From positions 26,174 through 90,173 of the forward strand of contig JBGALX010000012.1 in assembly GCA_044223505.1 (NCBI GenBank): a DNA stretch of 64,000 bases. The letters run 5' to 3'. Positions 1 to 9,327 of this stretch are shown here, piece after piece (the first letter of the stretch is position 1; each line of letters begins with the position of its first letter). The notes beneath the pieces were generated by a model, which did not search any database, was not told the DNA's origin, and saw only the letters and a program-made list of their open reading frames with translations. Source of the DNA: Myxococcaceae bacterium (GTDB lineage: Bacteria > Myxococcota > Myxococcia > Myxococcales > Myxococcaceae). The position numbers and the translations under genes are program-made.

Positions 1-751
1 GTACCAGTTCGACCCGCGCACGACGACGCAGGCGCCGCAGGGGCTGCCGAGCGCGGGCGTGCTGACGATGCTCGGCTCGCTGTCGTCGTTTCCGCGCGAG
101 CGGGTGCGCGCCGCGCGCTTCATGGAGACGTTCGCGTGCGCGAGCTTCTCGCCTCCGCCGGCGGGGCTGCAGTTTCCGCCGTACGTCGATGACCCGGCGA
201 AGGGCGGCACGTGCATGCACTGCCACCAGACGCTCGACCCGGCGGCCATCTTCTTCAAGCGGTGGGACTTCGGCGCCGAGAGCTACTACGTGCCGTGGCC
301 GTTCATGGGCGGCGCAGGGCGCTGGCGCATGACGGCGGCGTGGCTCTCGGGCCAGTACCCGCACGGCCCGGACAGCAAGGGCCCGGGCTTTCGCTGGAAG
401 AACGCGTTCGGGGCGAACACGCTGATGACTCCGGTGACGCCGGCGCAGATTCAGGCGAACCCCGAGGCGGTGCTGCTCGACACGATGCCGCAGTCGTACA
501 CGCTGCTCGGCGAGCACGGCGACGGCACGATGGGGCCGCTGGGGTTCGGCAAGATTCTGGTGCGCTCGGGCGAGTTCGATCGCTGCGCGGCGCGGCGGCT
601 CTACACGCACTTCGTCGGGCGTGACCTCGACCCTGCGGCCGAGAAGCTCTACATCGACAAGCTCGCGGCCGAGTTCGTCGCGGGGGGCCGCAAGCTCAAG
701 CCGTTCATCAAGAAGCTCTTCCAGCAGCCCGAGCTGAGGAGGGGCCTGTGA
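1..751 (+). CDS. PSD-family protein (DUF1588/DUF1592-like, heme-binding CxxCH), 5'-partial
   Basis: Reading frame is open from position 2 through to the track ORF at 59-751. CMHCH heme-binding motif is present. Composition resembles Planctomycete-type DUF1588 proteins, which usually pair with DUF1501. Confidence 0.5.
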   Translation, partial: YQFDPRTTTQAPQGLPSAGVLTMLGSLSSFPRERVRAARFMETFACASFSPPPAGLQFPPYVDDPAKGGTCMHCHQTLDPAAIFFKRWDFGAESYYVPWPFMGGAGRWRMTAAWLSGQYPHGPDSKGPGFRWKNAFGANTLMTPVTPAQIQANPEAVLLDTMPQSYTLLGEHGDGTMGPLGFGKILVRSGEFDRCAARRLYTHFVGRDLDPAAEKLYIDKLAAEFVAGGRKLKPFIKKLFQQPELRRGL

Positions 752-1869
752 TGAACAGCGCAAACCCAAACGCAAACGCACGAAGTCGAGTCCCCTCTCC
801 CCTCGTAGGAGAGAGGGCCAGGGTGAGGGGCAAAGCGCTGTTGCTGGCGCTCACCGTGATGGCGTGCGACGCGTCAATCCTCACGCGCGGTCTACCGATC
901 CCGACGGGTCCCGGTGGAGCCGGAGGAGGAACCCCCGAGCAGCCGACGTGTCCACCGGTCGGCAAGAACGACGAGATCCGCCTGGCGCTGCACGCGGCGT
1001 GCAGCGGCTGTCACATCAACGGCAACCGGCCCTTCTTCGTATCGCTCGAGTCATTCGAGAACGGGCTCGTCTACGACACGAAGTACGTGAAGCCGGGAGA
1101 CCCGGCGAACAGCCTGCTCGTGCAGATGCTGAAGGGTGTGGCGCCGGGCAGCTACCCGCAGATGCCGGTGGGCACCTCCTACGACACGCTGCTGCAGCAG
1201 GGGGTGACGAAGCTGACTATCGCGGAGGTCGAGCAGTGGATTACCGAGCTGCCTCCAGCGGGCGTGCGCAACTCGGAGCCGTCGCAGGCGCTGTTCACGA
1301 TTCGGCGGCTGCAGGCCGACGACATGGTGGTGAGCCTGATGGATCAGCTCGGCCTCACACTCGAAGACTTCGTCGACACGTCGCGCGCGAATTGGCGCGA
1401 CGAGGAGCTCACGGTGCGCGGCGGGCAGCTGTTCGTGTGGCCGGGCGACTGGGCGCCGGGCATCTCGCGACAGTACGTGTCGGACTCGCGCACGACCGAG
1501 CGGTACCAGGCGCTGGGCGGCTCGGTGACGCTCGACTACCGCAAGAAAGACGGGTCGCTGGGGCCGTCGGCGCTGCAGACGCTGGTGCAGGTGTCACAGG
1601 CGTGGTGCCGGTGGGCGATCGAGAAGCCGGGCAACAAGGCGGTGCTGCGGTACGTGACGCTGGCGGACACGAGCGCGTCGAAGTCGGTCGAGATCAAGCA
1701 CAACATCGAGGCGCTGTACCTGCGCATGCTCGGCGAGGTGGCTCCGGCGGCCGAGGTCGACGCGCTCTACTCGCAGGTCTACCTGCCGCTCGAGTCCACC
1801 AACACGCGCACGGCGTGGACGGCCGTCTGCGCGAGCTTCGTTCGCCACCCGCTGTGGGTCTCTTTCTGA
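748..1869 (+). CDS. PSD-family protein (DUF1585/1587-like) with CSGCH heme motif
   Basis: 373-aa ORF whose start overlaps the previous stop (TGATG). Second CxxCH motif. The N-terminus carries one copy of the 40-bp palindromic element (translated as SPLVGERARVRG). Confidence 0.45.
   Translation: MMNSANPNANARSRVPSPLVGERARVRGKALLLALTVMACDASILTRGLPIPTGPGGAGGGTPEQPTCPPVGKNDEIRLALHAACSGCHINGNRPFFVSLESFENGLVYDTKYVKPGDPANSLLVQMLKGVAPGSYPQMPVGTSYDTLLQQGVTKLTIAEVEQWITELPPAGVRNSEPSQALFTIRRLQADDMVVSLMDQLGLTLEDFVDTSRANWRDEELTVRGGQLFVWPGDWAPGISRQYVSDSRTTERYQALGGSVTLDYRKKDGSLGPSALQTLVQVSQAWCRWAIEKPGNKAVLRYVTLADTSASKSVEIKHNIEALYLRMLGEVAPAAEVDALYSQVYLPLESTNTRTAWTAVCASFVRHPLWVSF
791..830 (+). repeat. 40-bp palindromic element copy 1
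   Basis: tcccctctcccctcgtaggagagagggccagggtgagggg. Confidence 0.8.
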
Positions 1870-1882
1870 AGGTCACGACGCC

Positions 1883-3466
1883 ATGAGCCTCTCTCGACGA
1901 CAGCTGCTCTCGTGGTCCCTCGGCGCTTCGCAGGTCGCGCTGCTCGAGCGCGCCGGCCTCTTCGGCGGCGGCCGCGCCCACGCGCAGACGATGACCGACG
2001 CGCCGTCGCGGCTCTGCGTGCTCTACGTGCCGGGCGGCTTCCGCTTCCAGCACGCGTTCTTCCCGGGCACCGACGCCGACGTCGTGAAGACCGTGCCGGC
2101 GCCGAGCAACTTCAACGGCGAGGCCATCTTCTTCCGCGCGAACCAGCTCGTCGACCTCGGGCCCGCGAACGGCGCGTACAACCCCGTGCGCATCTTTCGC
2201 TCGTGGGACCCGGCGATGCCGCAGACGCGCAACGACACGTACACGCCGGCGATGTACGGCTACCAGCACTTCGGCCTGGGCTCGCAGCTCTCGGTGCTGC
2301 ACGGCGTCGACCAGGGCACGAACGACCACGCGAGCGGCTTCATCGCCTCGGCCTGCGGAGTCGCCGGCGCCGACTTCCGAGCACCGTGCGTTCACGCGGT
2401 CATCGCGAACCACCTCTTCAACCGCTTCAAGGACCAGCGGCCGCTGCCGTTCGTCATCGTCGACAACTCGCGCGGCACGCCGCAGGCGATGGGCATGCCG
2501 TCGCGGGCGGCTCCGGTGTTCGTGCCGAGCATCGACGCGCTGGCGCCGCAGCTCTCGGCGAGCCCGGCGACGAACCGCTGGTGGCAGGGCCTCGACGGGC
2601 GCGCCGACCGGCCCGAGAAAGACGTGCGCGGCATGGCGGTCGGCGGCACCCTCAAGACCACCACGCTCGAGGAGTACACGCTCGGAGTCCCCGGCAAGTA
2701 CCTCGGCCGCTCGAACGCGAAGGTCGACGGCTTCCTCGAGGGGCTGCACGGCTCGCTGTCGAGCGTGAGCCGCGTGCTGGCGACCGACGTCGTCACGGTG
2801 CTGCAGCAGACGAAGGGCATCGACGACCTGATGACGAACAAGCCTTCGTACCTGTCGAGCTACGGCAACGTCGGGCCGTTCGGGTACACGTTCGGGCTCG
2901 CGAACTTCCACATGACGCAGCTCGAGCCGCGGCTCGACATGACGCTGCGGCTCCTCAAGTCGAACCTGGCGACGAGCGTGCACGTCGCGCTCGCGCCCGA
3001 CTACGACACGCACAACGGCACGGGCAACGCGTCGAGCTGCGCGCACGGCCGCAACCTGATGGACATCGTGGCGCGGTTTCTGGGCGAGCTGAAGGCGACG
3101 CCGGCGCCGGGGCTGCCAGGCAAGACGCTGCTCGACGACACGCTGGTGCTGGTGCAGAGCGAGTTCGGTCGCACGTGGTCGGCGCAGAACGGCGGCGGCT
3201 ACGACCAGGGCGACAACCACCACCCGTACACGTCGGTGGTGTTCGCGGGCGGCAACGTGGCGGGCAACCGCAGCGTGGGTGGGTTCGAGATTCCCGCGGG
3301 CATCGGCACGCCGGTCGACATCATCGAAGAGAACGGCCAGGCGTCGCGCCGGGTGCCGCGGGCGGCCGACGTGGTGACGACGGCGCTGCGCTGCCTCGGC
3401 ATGGGCATGCACGACTTCTTCATCCCCGGCGGCTACGGCGAGGTGACCGGCATCCGGCGCGGCTGA
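1883..3466 (+). CDS. DUF1501 domain protein with twin-arginine signal
   Basis: N-terminal MSLSRRQLLSWSLGASQVAL fits a Tat signal. Sulfatase-like motifs follow (HHPYTSVVFAGGNVAG). It is the usual partner of PSD/DUF1800 proteins. Confidence 0.6.
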   Translation: MSLSRRQLLSWSLGASQVALLERAGLFGGGRAHAQTMTDAPSRLCVLYVPGGFRFQHAFFPGTDADVVKTVPAPSNFNGEAIFFRANQLVDLGPANGAYNPVRIFRSWDPAMPQTRNDTYTPAMYGYQHFGLGSQLSVLHGVDQGTNDHASGFIASACGVAGADFRAPCVHAVIANHLFNRFKDQRPLPFVIVDNSRGTPQAMGMPSRAAPVFVPSIDALAPQLSASPATNRWWQGLDGRADRPEKDVRGMAVGGTLKTTTLEEYTLGVPGKYLGRSNAKVDGFLEGLHGSLSSVSRVLATDVVTVLQQTKGIDDLMTNKPSYLSSYGNVGPFGYTFGLANFHMTQLEPRLDMTLRLLKSNLATSVHVALAPDYDTHNGTGNASSCAHGRNLMDIVARFLGELKATPAPGLPGKTLLDDTLVLVQSEFGRTWSAQNGGGYDQGDNHHPYTSVVFAGGNVAGNRSVGGFEIPAGIGTPVDIIEENGQASRRVPRAADVVTTALRCLGMGMHDFFIPGGYGEVTGIRRG

Positions 3467-3469
3467 GCA

Positions 3470-3575
3470 AAAAAGGGGACAGGCTACTTTTTTGCGCAAC
3501 GCGCCCGGCCTCCCGCGGCCGACGACAACCGATGGTTGCGCAAAAAAGTAGCCTGTCCCCTTTTTTGCTCAGCCG
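3470..3575. terminator. Large perfect inverted repeat (~34-nt arms, ~28-nt loop) between convergent genes; likely bidirectional terminator
   Basis: gcaaaaaaggggacaggctacttttttgcgcaacg ... cgttgcgcaaaaaagtagcctgtccccttttttgc. T-runs flank both arms. Lies between the DUF1501 stop (3466) and the TIGR02996 gene stop (3569). Shares a core with a second hairpin at 57.5 kb. Confidence 0.6.
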
Positions 3576-4423
3576 AGCTGCGCCCACGCGGTGGCGGGCT
3601 CACCGAAGTGCGTGCGCAGAGAGCGCGTGACGTCGTCGTCGTGCGCCACGTAGCGCACCGCGAACCGCTTGCGGCGCTGGCCGAGCAGCTCGAGCACCGT
3701 CTCGCGCGTGAACGGCGCCTGCAGCCACTTGAGCGCCTTCGCCGCCGCCAGCGGAGCGAGCGAGCGCAGCGGCGCGTCGGCTCCGAGGTGAAGGTGCGTG
3801 AGCTGCGGAAAGAACGGCGCCGCCGCGAGCGCCGTGAGCGCCTCGTCGGTGACGCGGCAGTGCTCGAGGTTCAGCCGCTCGAGCGCGGGCAGCCTGCAGC
3901 GCGCGAGCTCCGCGACCTCTGCGTCGCCGTTGCCGGTGAGGTCGAGCACGCGCGCCTTCGCGAAGAAGGCCGTGTCGAGCACCCTGAGCTCGTCGCGCCG
4001 GAGACCGGCGTGCGAACAGTCGAAGTGCTCGACCGTCGGGTGCGGCGCCGCACGACCGAGCGTCGGCACCGAGCCCAACAGCTGCAGTCGCTCGAGCGGC
4101 ACCAGCGCCAGCGTCTGAAGCGCGTCGGCGGGCTGCTCCCAGTCGACGCTCGCCCGCTCGAGAAAGCCCCGCCGCCACTTCCAGCTGCGAATGAACGGGC
4201 GCAGCGGCGCGAGCCACGCGTGCTCGTGCACGTGCAGCAGCTGCTGCTCTCGCTTCGCGAGCGCCCTCGCGTCGCCCAAGCGCTTCGCGAGCCTGCACTG
4301 CACCTGAATCAGCTCGCCGCGCGCGTTGCCGTGCTCGAGCAGCCAGTCGGCGTAGACGAGGCGCGGCGCGTCGTCGGCGGGAGCCGCCATGATGGCCTGC
4401 AAGAAGTCTGGCTCGCGATGCAC
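3569..4423 (-). CDS. TIGR02996-domain (repeat-companion) protein with leucine-rich repeats
   Basis: N-terminal PRLVYADWLLEHGNARGE is the TIGR02996 signature. Leucine-rich repeat-like segments follow. Confidence 0.65.
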   Translation of the reverse strand: MHREPDFLQAIMAAPADDAPRLVYADWLLEHGNARGELIQVQCRLAKRLGDARALAKREQQLLHVHEHAWLAPLRPFIRSWKWRRGFLERASVDWEQPADALQTLALVPLERLQLLGSVPTLGRAAPHPTVEHFDCSHAGLRRDELRVLDTAFFAKARVLDLTGNGDAEVAELARCRLPALERLNLEHCRVTDEALTALAAAPFFPQLTHLHLGADAPLRSLAPLAAAKALKWLQAPFTRETVLELLGQRRKRFAVRYVAHDDDVTRSLRTHFGEPATAWAQLG

Positions 4424-4441
4424 CTGCAGCGGGTTCGTAAC

Positions 4442-5305
4442 TCACGGGCAGCCGACCCGCGAGCTGCCGAGCGCCACGTCGTCGACGAGCAGGTTGCCGC
4501 TGCCGCCATGGTAGATGACGTTCTGCACCTGCACCGACGTCCACCCGCTCGGCACTGCGGGGCCGCTCTGTGCGGCGGCGAAGTCGGTCACCTCGGCGCC
4601 GTTCAGCCACGCCCGGTAGACGCGCGTCGTGCGGTCGTACGAGGCCTCGAGGCAGCTCCAGGCCGCGGTCGGCACCACCGCCATGCTGTCGATCGCCGCC
4701 TCGCCGTTGGGCCACTTGTAGAAGGCGATCAGGTTCGGGTTCGCGTCGGTCGTCGCGGTGTAGTCGCCCGCGGTGCGCGCGCTCAAGATTCCGAAGCGGC
4801 TGTCCATCGTCGACGGCAGGAAGCTCGAGCGCAGCATCACGCGGATGAAGACGACGTCGCGCGCCGCGCTCAGGTTGAAGTTCAGCGACTGCCCGCCGGG
4901 GATGTCGAGGGCGCGGGCTCCACGGTAGGCAGCGGCGGCCGTCACCTTGATGGCGTCGTTGCGGCTCCACGGCGCCGGAGCCGCGCTGCCCACGGGAGCC
5001 CCCTCGAAGTCGTCGCAGAAGAACGCCGCCCCCGTTGCGCACGGGTTGTTCACCGCGCCGCCGGCCGAGCCGCCCGCGCTGCTTCCGCCAGCGGTGCTTC
5101 CGCCCGCAGTCGCGCCGCCGGCAGTGGCTCCTCCCGCCGTGGAGCCGCCGGCCACAGAGCCTGCGCTCCCCCCACCCGCGGTCATCCCACCGGCCGTCGC
5201 ACTGCCGGCCGTGCTGCCGCCTGCCGTCGAGCCGCCGCCACCCACATCGCCCACCTCTCCCTCGCACGCGGCACATGCCAGGAGGCAGGCGACCCACGGT
5301 CTCAT
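4442..5305 (-). CDS. Lipoprotein with (GGTAGG)n linker and C-terminal beta-sandwich-like domain
   Basis: Lipobox MRPWVACLLACAAC, then a Gly/Thr/Ala repeat linker and a globular domain. Only 19 bp upstream of the TIGR02996 gene, so probably co-transcribed. Confidence 0.6.
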   Translation of the reverse strand: MRPWVACLLACAACEGEVGDVGGGGSTAGGSTAGSATAGGMTAGGGSAGSVAGGSTAGGATAGGATAGGSTAGGSSAGGSAGGAVNNPCATGAAFFCDDFEGAPVGSAAPAPWSRNDAIKVTAAAAYRGARALDIPGGQSLNFNLSAARDVVFIRVMLRSSFLPSTMDSRFGILSARTAGDYTATTDANPNLIAFYKWPNGEAAIDSMAVVPTAAWSCLEASYDRTTRVYRAWLNGAEVTDFAAAQSGPAVPSGWTSVQVQNVIYHGGSGNLLVDDVALGSSRVGCP

Positions 5306-5344
5306 GCCGCAAAGACACCGCGAACCTCGAAGTCGAGACAGCCG

Positions 5345-5647
5345 CTACCGGCAGGGCTTCACGTCGACCTCGCAGCGGCCCGCGCGGCACACCGCCGACG
5401 AGCGCTCGCACGGGCAGTCGAGCGACGGGCAGCGCGGGGGACCGCCAGAGACGTCTTCACAGGCGCTGCGCGCGCTCGCGGCCGTGGCCTTCGTCGCCGC
5501 GACCGGACGACAGGTCGTGCAGCAGCTCGGCGGAGCGGCTCCGACGAGATCACAGTCGCCGTCGCCCGAGCACGGGCTGTCGGACACGCGCGTCACGAAG
5601 CGGCAGCCCGCGGCGGCGAGCAGCAGCACGAAGACCCAGCCCCTCAC
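5345..5647 (-). CDS. Possible small Cys-rich lipoprotein (100 aa)
   Basis: GTG start gives MRGWVFVLLLAAAGC (lipobox), followed by an 87-aa tail with 13 Cys. The start overlaps the stop of the GATase gene. Not called as a separate ORF in the track (it sits inside 5345..5995). Confidence 0.35.
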   Translation of the reverse strand: MRGWVFVLLLAAAGCRFVTRVSDSPCSGDGDCDLVGAAPPSCCTTCRPVAATKATAASARSACEDVSGGPPRCPSLDCPCERSSAVCRAGRCEVDVKPCR

Positions 5648-6333
5648 ACGCGCACCAGCGCCCGCACCAGCCGCTCGAGCAGCGCGACGTTCGCGGCCTC
5701 GGCGGCCTTGAGCTTGCCCGCGTCTTTCGCGAGTGCGTCGGCGTCGAGGCGCGCGGCCTTCAGCGTCTCGGCGCCGCGCTTCAGCCACTGCAACCACTGC
5801 GCCGCGTCGAGCTCGGCGTGAAACTGCAGGCCGTACGAGCGCCCGACGCGGAACGCCTGCTGCGCGTAGCGGTCGGTCGAGGCGAGCAGCGTGCCGCCCG
5901 GCACCGGCGTGAACGTCTCGGCGTGCCAGTGCGCGACGGTCGACTTCGCGCCGACGCCCTTGAACGCGGGGTCCTCCTGGGCGGCCTTCATCCACTTCAC
6001 CGCGCCGATGCCAATCTCGGGGCCGTTCTTGCCGACGTGCACCTCGGCGCCCGCGGCGGACGCGAGCAGCTGCGAGCCGAAGCAGATGCCGAGACAGGGC
6101 CGCTCGAGCGCGAGGCGCTCGATGAGCAGCGCGCGCTCGGCTCCGATGAACGGGTGCACCCCGACGTCGTTCGCGCTCATCGCGCCACCGAGCACCACCA
6201 GCAGGTCGGCCGCGACGTCCGCGTGCTCGACCGACCGAAACCGCTTCACCAGGTCGAAGCCCGCCGCCGTCAGCACTGGCCCGAGCAGGCCGGCGTCTTC
6301 GTGCTCCTCGTGCTGGATGATGACCGCGCGCAC
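5644..6333 (-). CDS. Class I glutamine amidotransferase-like protein
   Basis: GATase1 fold with catalytic Cys in the GICFGSQLL context; GMP-synthase-type small subunit pattern. Confidence 0.7.
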   Translation of the reverse strand: MRAVIIQHEEHEDAGLLGPVLTAAGFDLVKRFRSVEHADVAADLLVVLGGAMSANDVGVHPFIGAERALLIERLALERPCLGICFGSQLLASAAGAEVHVGKNGPEIGIGAVKWMKAAQEDPAFKGVGAKSTVAHWHAETFTPVPGGTLLASTDRYAQQAFRVGRSYGLQFHAELDAAQWLQWLKRGAETLKAARLDADALAKDAGKLKAAEAANVALLERLVRALVRV

Positions 6334-6337
6334 GCGT

Positions 6338-7149
6338 TCAGCTTCGAGCCGAGGCCCGGCCCTTCTTCGCCGGAGCCTTCGCCGCCTGCTCGATGACCTC
6401 GGGCGCTGGCTCGGCGGCCGCGGCCTCTTCCTCGACCGGTGCTTCGACCGGAGCCGCCGCCTTCGGCGCCGCGCGCTTCTTCGGCTTCGCGGCGAGGCCG
6501 GCCTCGGCGAACGCTCCGTCGACGGGCAGCAGCGCCGCTTCGGCGAGCAGCTGCGCCTGGTGCAGCGGCTGAGCGAGCGAGTCGGCGGCCACGGTCAGCT
6601 GCGCGCGGAGCTTATCGGCCTCGGCCTCGGGCAGCGCCTCGGGCGAGAACGCGGTGCGCCACGCGTCGAAGCTCGCGGTGAGCTGCGCGACGGCCGGCAC
6701 CACGGCGGCGTAGTCGTCGCCGGCGAAGATGCGCTTCACGTACTGCGTCTTGAGCCGCTTCGTGAACGAGGCGGCGAACTTCTCGAAGTCTTCGCGCGAC
6801 GCCTTGCGCAGCGGCGCGAGCTTGTACGGCTTGAACAGCTCCTCGAGCACCGGCGCGCGCGGGCCGGCGTGAAAGGTGATGCCGGCCTGCAGGCGCTCGA
6901 CGGCGTCGACGGCGGCGTGCTGCAGCGACTTCGCGAGGTCGCCGCGCACCGACTCGAGCTCGGGAAGCTGGGCGGCGCGGGTGGCGAGGCCGCTCACCGG
7001 CTCGACAACGGCGGCGAGGCGATCGACCGCGGTCTGCAGCCACTGCTTCTCTTCGGTGAGCTGCTTCCGCGCGATGAGCTTCTGGGCGTTCTTGAGGCGG
7101 CCGAGGAAGCCCTCGGCGAACACGACGGTATCGAAGGCAGCGAGCATGC
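6338..7149 (-). CDS. Hypothetical protein with C-terminal Ala/Lys/Pro-rich histone-H1-like tail (phasin/PhaF-like?)
   Basis: Coherent 270-aa reading from MLAAFDTVVF, ending in an AAKPKKRAAPKAAAP...AKAPAKKG tail. It forms the C-terminal part of the 1209-aa track ORF; the rest of that ORF is an Arg/Ala artefact. Confidence 0.5.
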
Positions 7150-7354
7150 GCGCCCAATACCACGGTCGGAGATCGCGAGGGCGTCCTCTGTCGGAGGACA
7201 GTCGTCCGGGCGTACGCGCTCCAACACCGCGGCACGCGCGCGTTTCAGGCTGAGCGATGTCGGGCAGCTCCGAGCGGGAACGCCGAGTGCTCTTGGGCCG
7301 CGCCGAAACGCAGCGCCGAACTGTCTCGGCGGCGTGACGAGAGGAAAGCACACG

Positions 7355-7903
7355 ATGAAGAGCTGGAACCTGATGGTGGTGCTGTTGGCGCTCGCAGGCT
7401 GCGGGCCCGTAGAGAACGTCGTCGACGAGGGCGACGAGCTCGCGACGACGCAAGACGCGCTCGGCGGTCGGCCGGTGATGCGCATGCCGTTTCGGTGCGG
7501 GCAGGTGTGGGCTGCGTCGACGCGCGCCACCCACAGCCCGCAGCTCGCGGTCGACTGGAACCGCGACGGTGACCTCGGCGACGCCGTCATCGCGTCGGCG
7601 GGCGGCACCGTGACGCGCTCCGAGAGCGAGGGCGACGTCAGCTACGGCAACTGGGTCGAGATCGGCCATGGCAACGGCTACCGCACGCGCTACGCGCACC
7701 TCTCGGTTCGCGGCGTGAAGGTGGGCGACGAGGTGAAGATGGGCGAGAAGATCGGCGAGGTCGGCAGCACCGGCGACTCGAGCGGGCCGCACCTGCACTA
7801 CGAGCAGCTCCACGACGGCACGCCGATTCGCGTGAAGATCGGCTCGACCGACATCGGCTACTTCGAGACGCAGAGCTACCGCAGCCACAACAGCTGCCCG
7901 TAG
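7355..7903 (+). CDS. M23 family metallopeptidase lipoprotein
   Basis: RBS gaggaaag lies upstream. Lipobox LLALAGC. LytM motifs HxxxD and GSTGDSSGPHLHYE. Confidence 0.75.
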   Translation: MKSWNLMVVLLALAGCGPVENVVDEGDELATTQDALGGRPVMRMPFRCGQVWAASTRATHSPQLAVDWNRDGDLGDAVIASAGGTVTRSESEGDVSYGNWVEIGHGNGYRTRYAHLSVRGVKVGDEVKMGEKIGEVGSTGDSSGPHLHYEQLHDGTPIRVKIGSTDIGYFETQSYRSHNSCP

Positions 7904-9327
7904 CGCGCCCGCCGCCGCCGCAACGCGACGAGGACCGCGCCGAGCAGCAGCGCCGTGCCGGGCTCCGACGTGCAGCCACACGATGACGTCGCGGGGCCCG
8001 GGTCCGTCCCGCCATCGGGGCGCGGGGTGACGGTGCCGGCGTCGGAAGGCGTGCCGGCATCCATCGGGGTGCCGGCGTCGGTCACGGTCCCTGCGTCGGT
8101 GACGACGCCCGCATCGACGCCTGCGTCGGGCACGACGGCGAGCCGCGTCGCGGTCGTCAGCCGCTGCGCCGTCAGGTTCGCGAACATCGTCGAGGTGACG
8201 CCGAGAAAGTCGGGCGCGCCGCTGCGAGCCGCGACGCGCGGGTTGAAGTTGCCGGTGACCCCGGTGGGGCCCCAGAGCAGGCCGGGGAGGTTCAGTGGGC
8301 GCCCTTCGCCGTCGAGCTCGAGCGCGGCGTCCTGCTCGGTGCCGTGCGTGACGACGACGAACGTGCCGGACACGGGGTTCCACGCGACGCTGTTGCCGTC
8401 GTAGGCCGCGTACATCGAGCTCGCGGTGCGGCGCGTGCCGAGCGTGCCGTCGGGCGCGACGGTGCGGGCCTCGAGCGAGCGCGCTCCGGGCGCGGCGCGG
8501 TACCAGACGGCGAGCCAGCGTCGCGCGGCGCGGTCGAACGCGAGCTCGGGCACGTAGCCGGCGGTGATGGGCGCGTCGAGGATGAGCGGCGTGCCGACGA
8601 GCGCTCCGGTGGCCGCGTTCACGCGCTGCGCGCGCACGAAGCAGTCGTCGTTGCCGACGCACCCGGCGTAGGCGACGAGGTACGTGTTCGACGTCGGGTC
8701 GTAGCTGGCCGACGGGTCGCGCGCGTACGGCGCCGCGGCGTCGATGTCGATGACACCGCCGACCTTCGCGCCGGCGAGGCTCACCCGCTGCGCCTGAATC
8801 TTGGTGGCGCCGAACGCCTGCCACGCGACGAGGAGCTCGCTCGGGCCGACGGCGATGGCGGCGCCCATCTCCCAGTTCGAGCCGTCGGGCGAGATGTCGA
8901 AGTCTTGCGTGAGCGCGGGCATGCCGTGGCGAATCAGGCGGCCGCGCACCCGCGCGGCGTTCATGCTGACGCTCGCGTGCCACGTGACCAGAAACGCGTC
9001 GGCGTCGGGGCTGTAGGCGACGCGCGGGCACTGGGCGAAGAAGGCGTCGGTGTCGACGGTGAAGGCGGCTCCGAGGGGGGCGCCGTCGGCGGCGAAGTAC
9101 TGGCCCTGGATGTTGTCGGCGCCGCTGACGCCGAGCCACACCGACGGGGTCGAGCCGAACGCGACGTCGGGCCACCGCACGGGCGCGGTGCCGGCGGCAG
9201 GAGCCGGGGACATCGGCGCGTTCGCCGCCGTCAGCTGAGCGTGCGCGCTGGCCGCGAGGCAGATCGCGACCAGACACGCGCTCGCTTGAGTGGAGCGCGA
9301 TGCGGGCGCGCGAACCCCTCGGGCCAT
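7876..9327 (-). CDS. Secreted protein with (DAGT)n repeats and MYXO-CTERM sorting signal
   Basis: Signal peptide MARGVRAPASRSTQASACLVAICLAASAHA. The C-terminus SSCGCTSEPGTALLLGAVLVALRRRRA matches the MYXO-CTERM pattern. Start taken at the internal Met. Confidence 0.6.
   Translation of the reverse strand: MARGVRAPASRSTQASACLVAICLAASAHAQLTAANAPMSPAPAAGTAPVRWPDVAFGSTPSVWLGVSGADNIQGQYFAADGAPLGAAFTVDTDAFFAQCPRVAYSPDADAFLVTWHASVSMNAARVRGRLIRHGMPALTQDFDISPDGSNWEMGAAIAVGPSELLVAWQAFGATKIQAQRVSLAGAKVGGVIDIDAAAPYARDPSASYDPTSNTYLVAYAGCVGNDDCFVRAQRVNAATGALVGTPLILDAPITAGYVPELAFDRAARRWLAVWYRAAPGARSLEARTVAPDGTLGTRRTASSMYAAYDGNSVAWNPVSGTFVVVTHGTEQDAALELDGEGRPLNLPGLLWGPTGVTGNFNPRVAARSGAPDFLGVTSTMFANLTAQRLTTATRLAVVPDAGVDAGVVTDAGTVTDAGTPMDAGTPSDAGTVTPRPDGGTDPGPATSSCGCTSEPGTALLLGAVLVALRRRRARYGQLLWLR

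Noticed and set aside
3600-5411. 603-aa Arg/Gly-rich ORF antisense to the TIGR02996 and lipoprotein genes
   Set aside because: Low-complexity Arg/Ala/Gly composition typical of off-frame reading in 70% GC DNA. It is fully overlapped by better-supported genes on the same strand in another frame.
1694-5821. Mirror-image ORFs 1694..3499(-) and 3536..5821(+), both starting MRKKVACPLFCSA
   Set aside because: Their identical N-termini are produced by the perfect inverted repeat at 3470-3575, and the bodies are Arg-rich antisense artefacts.
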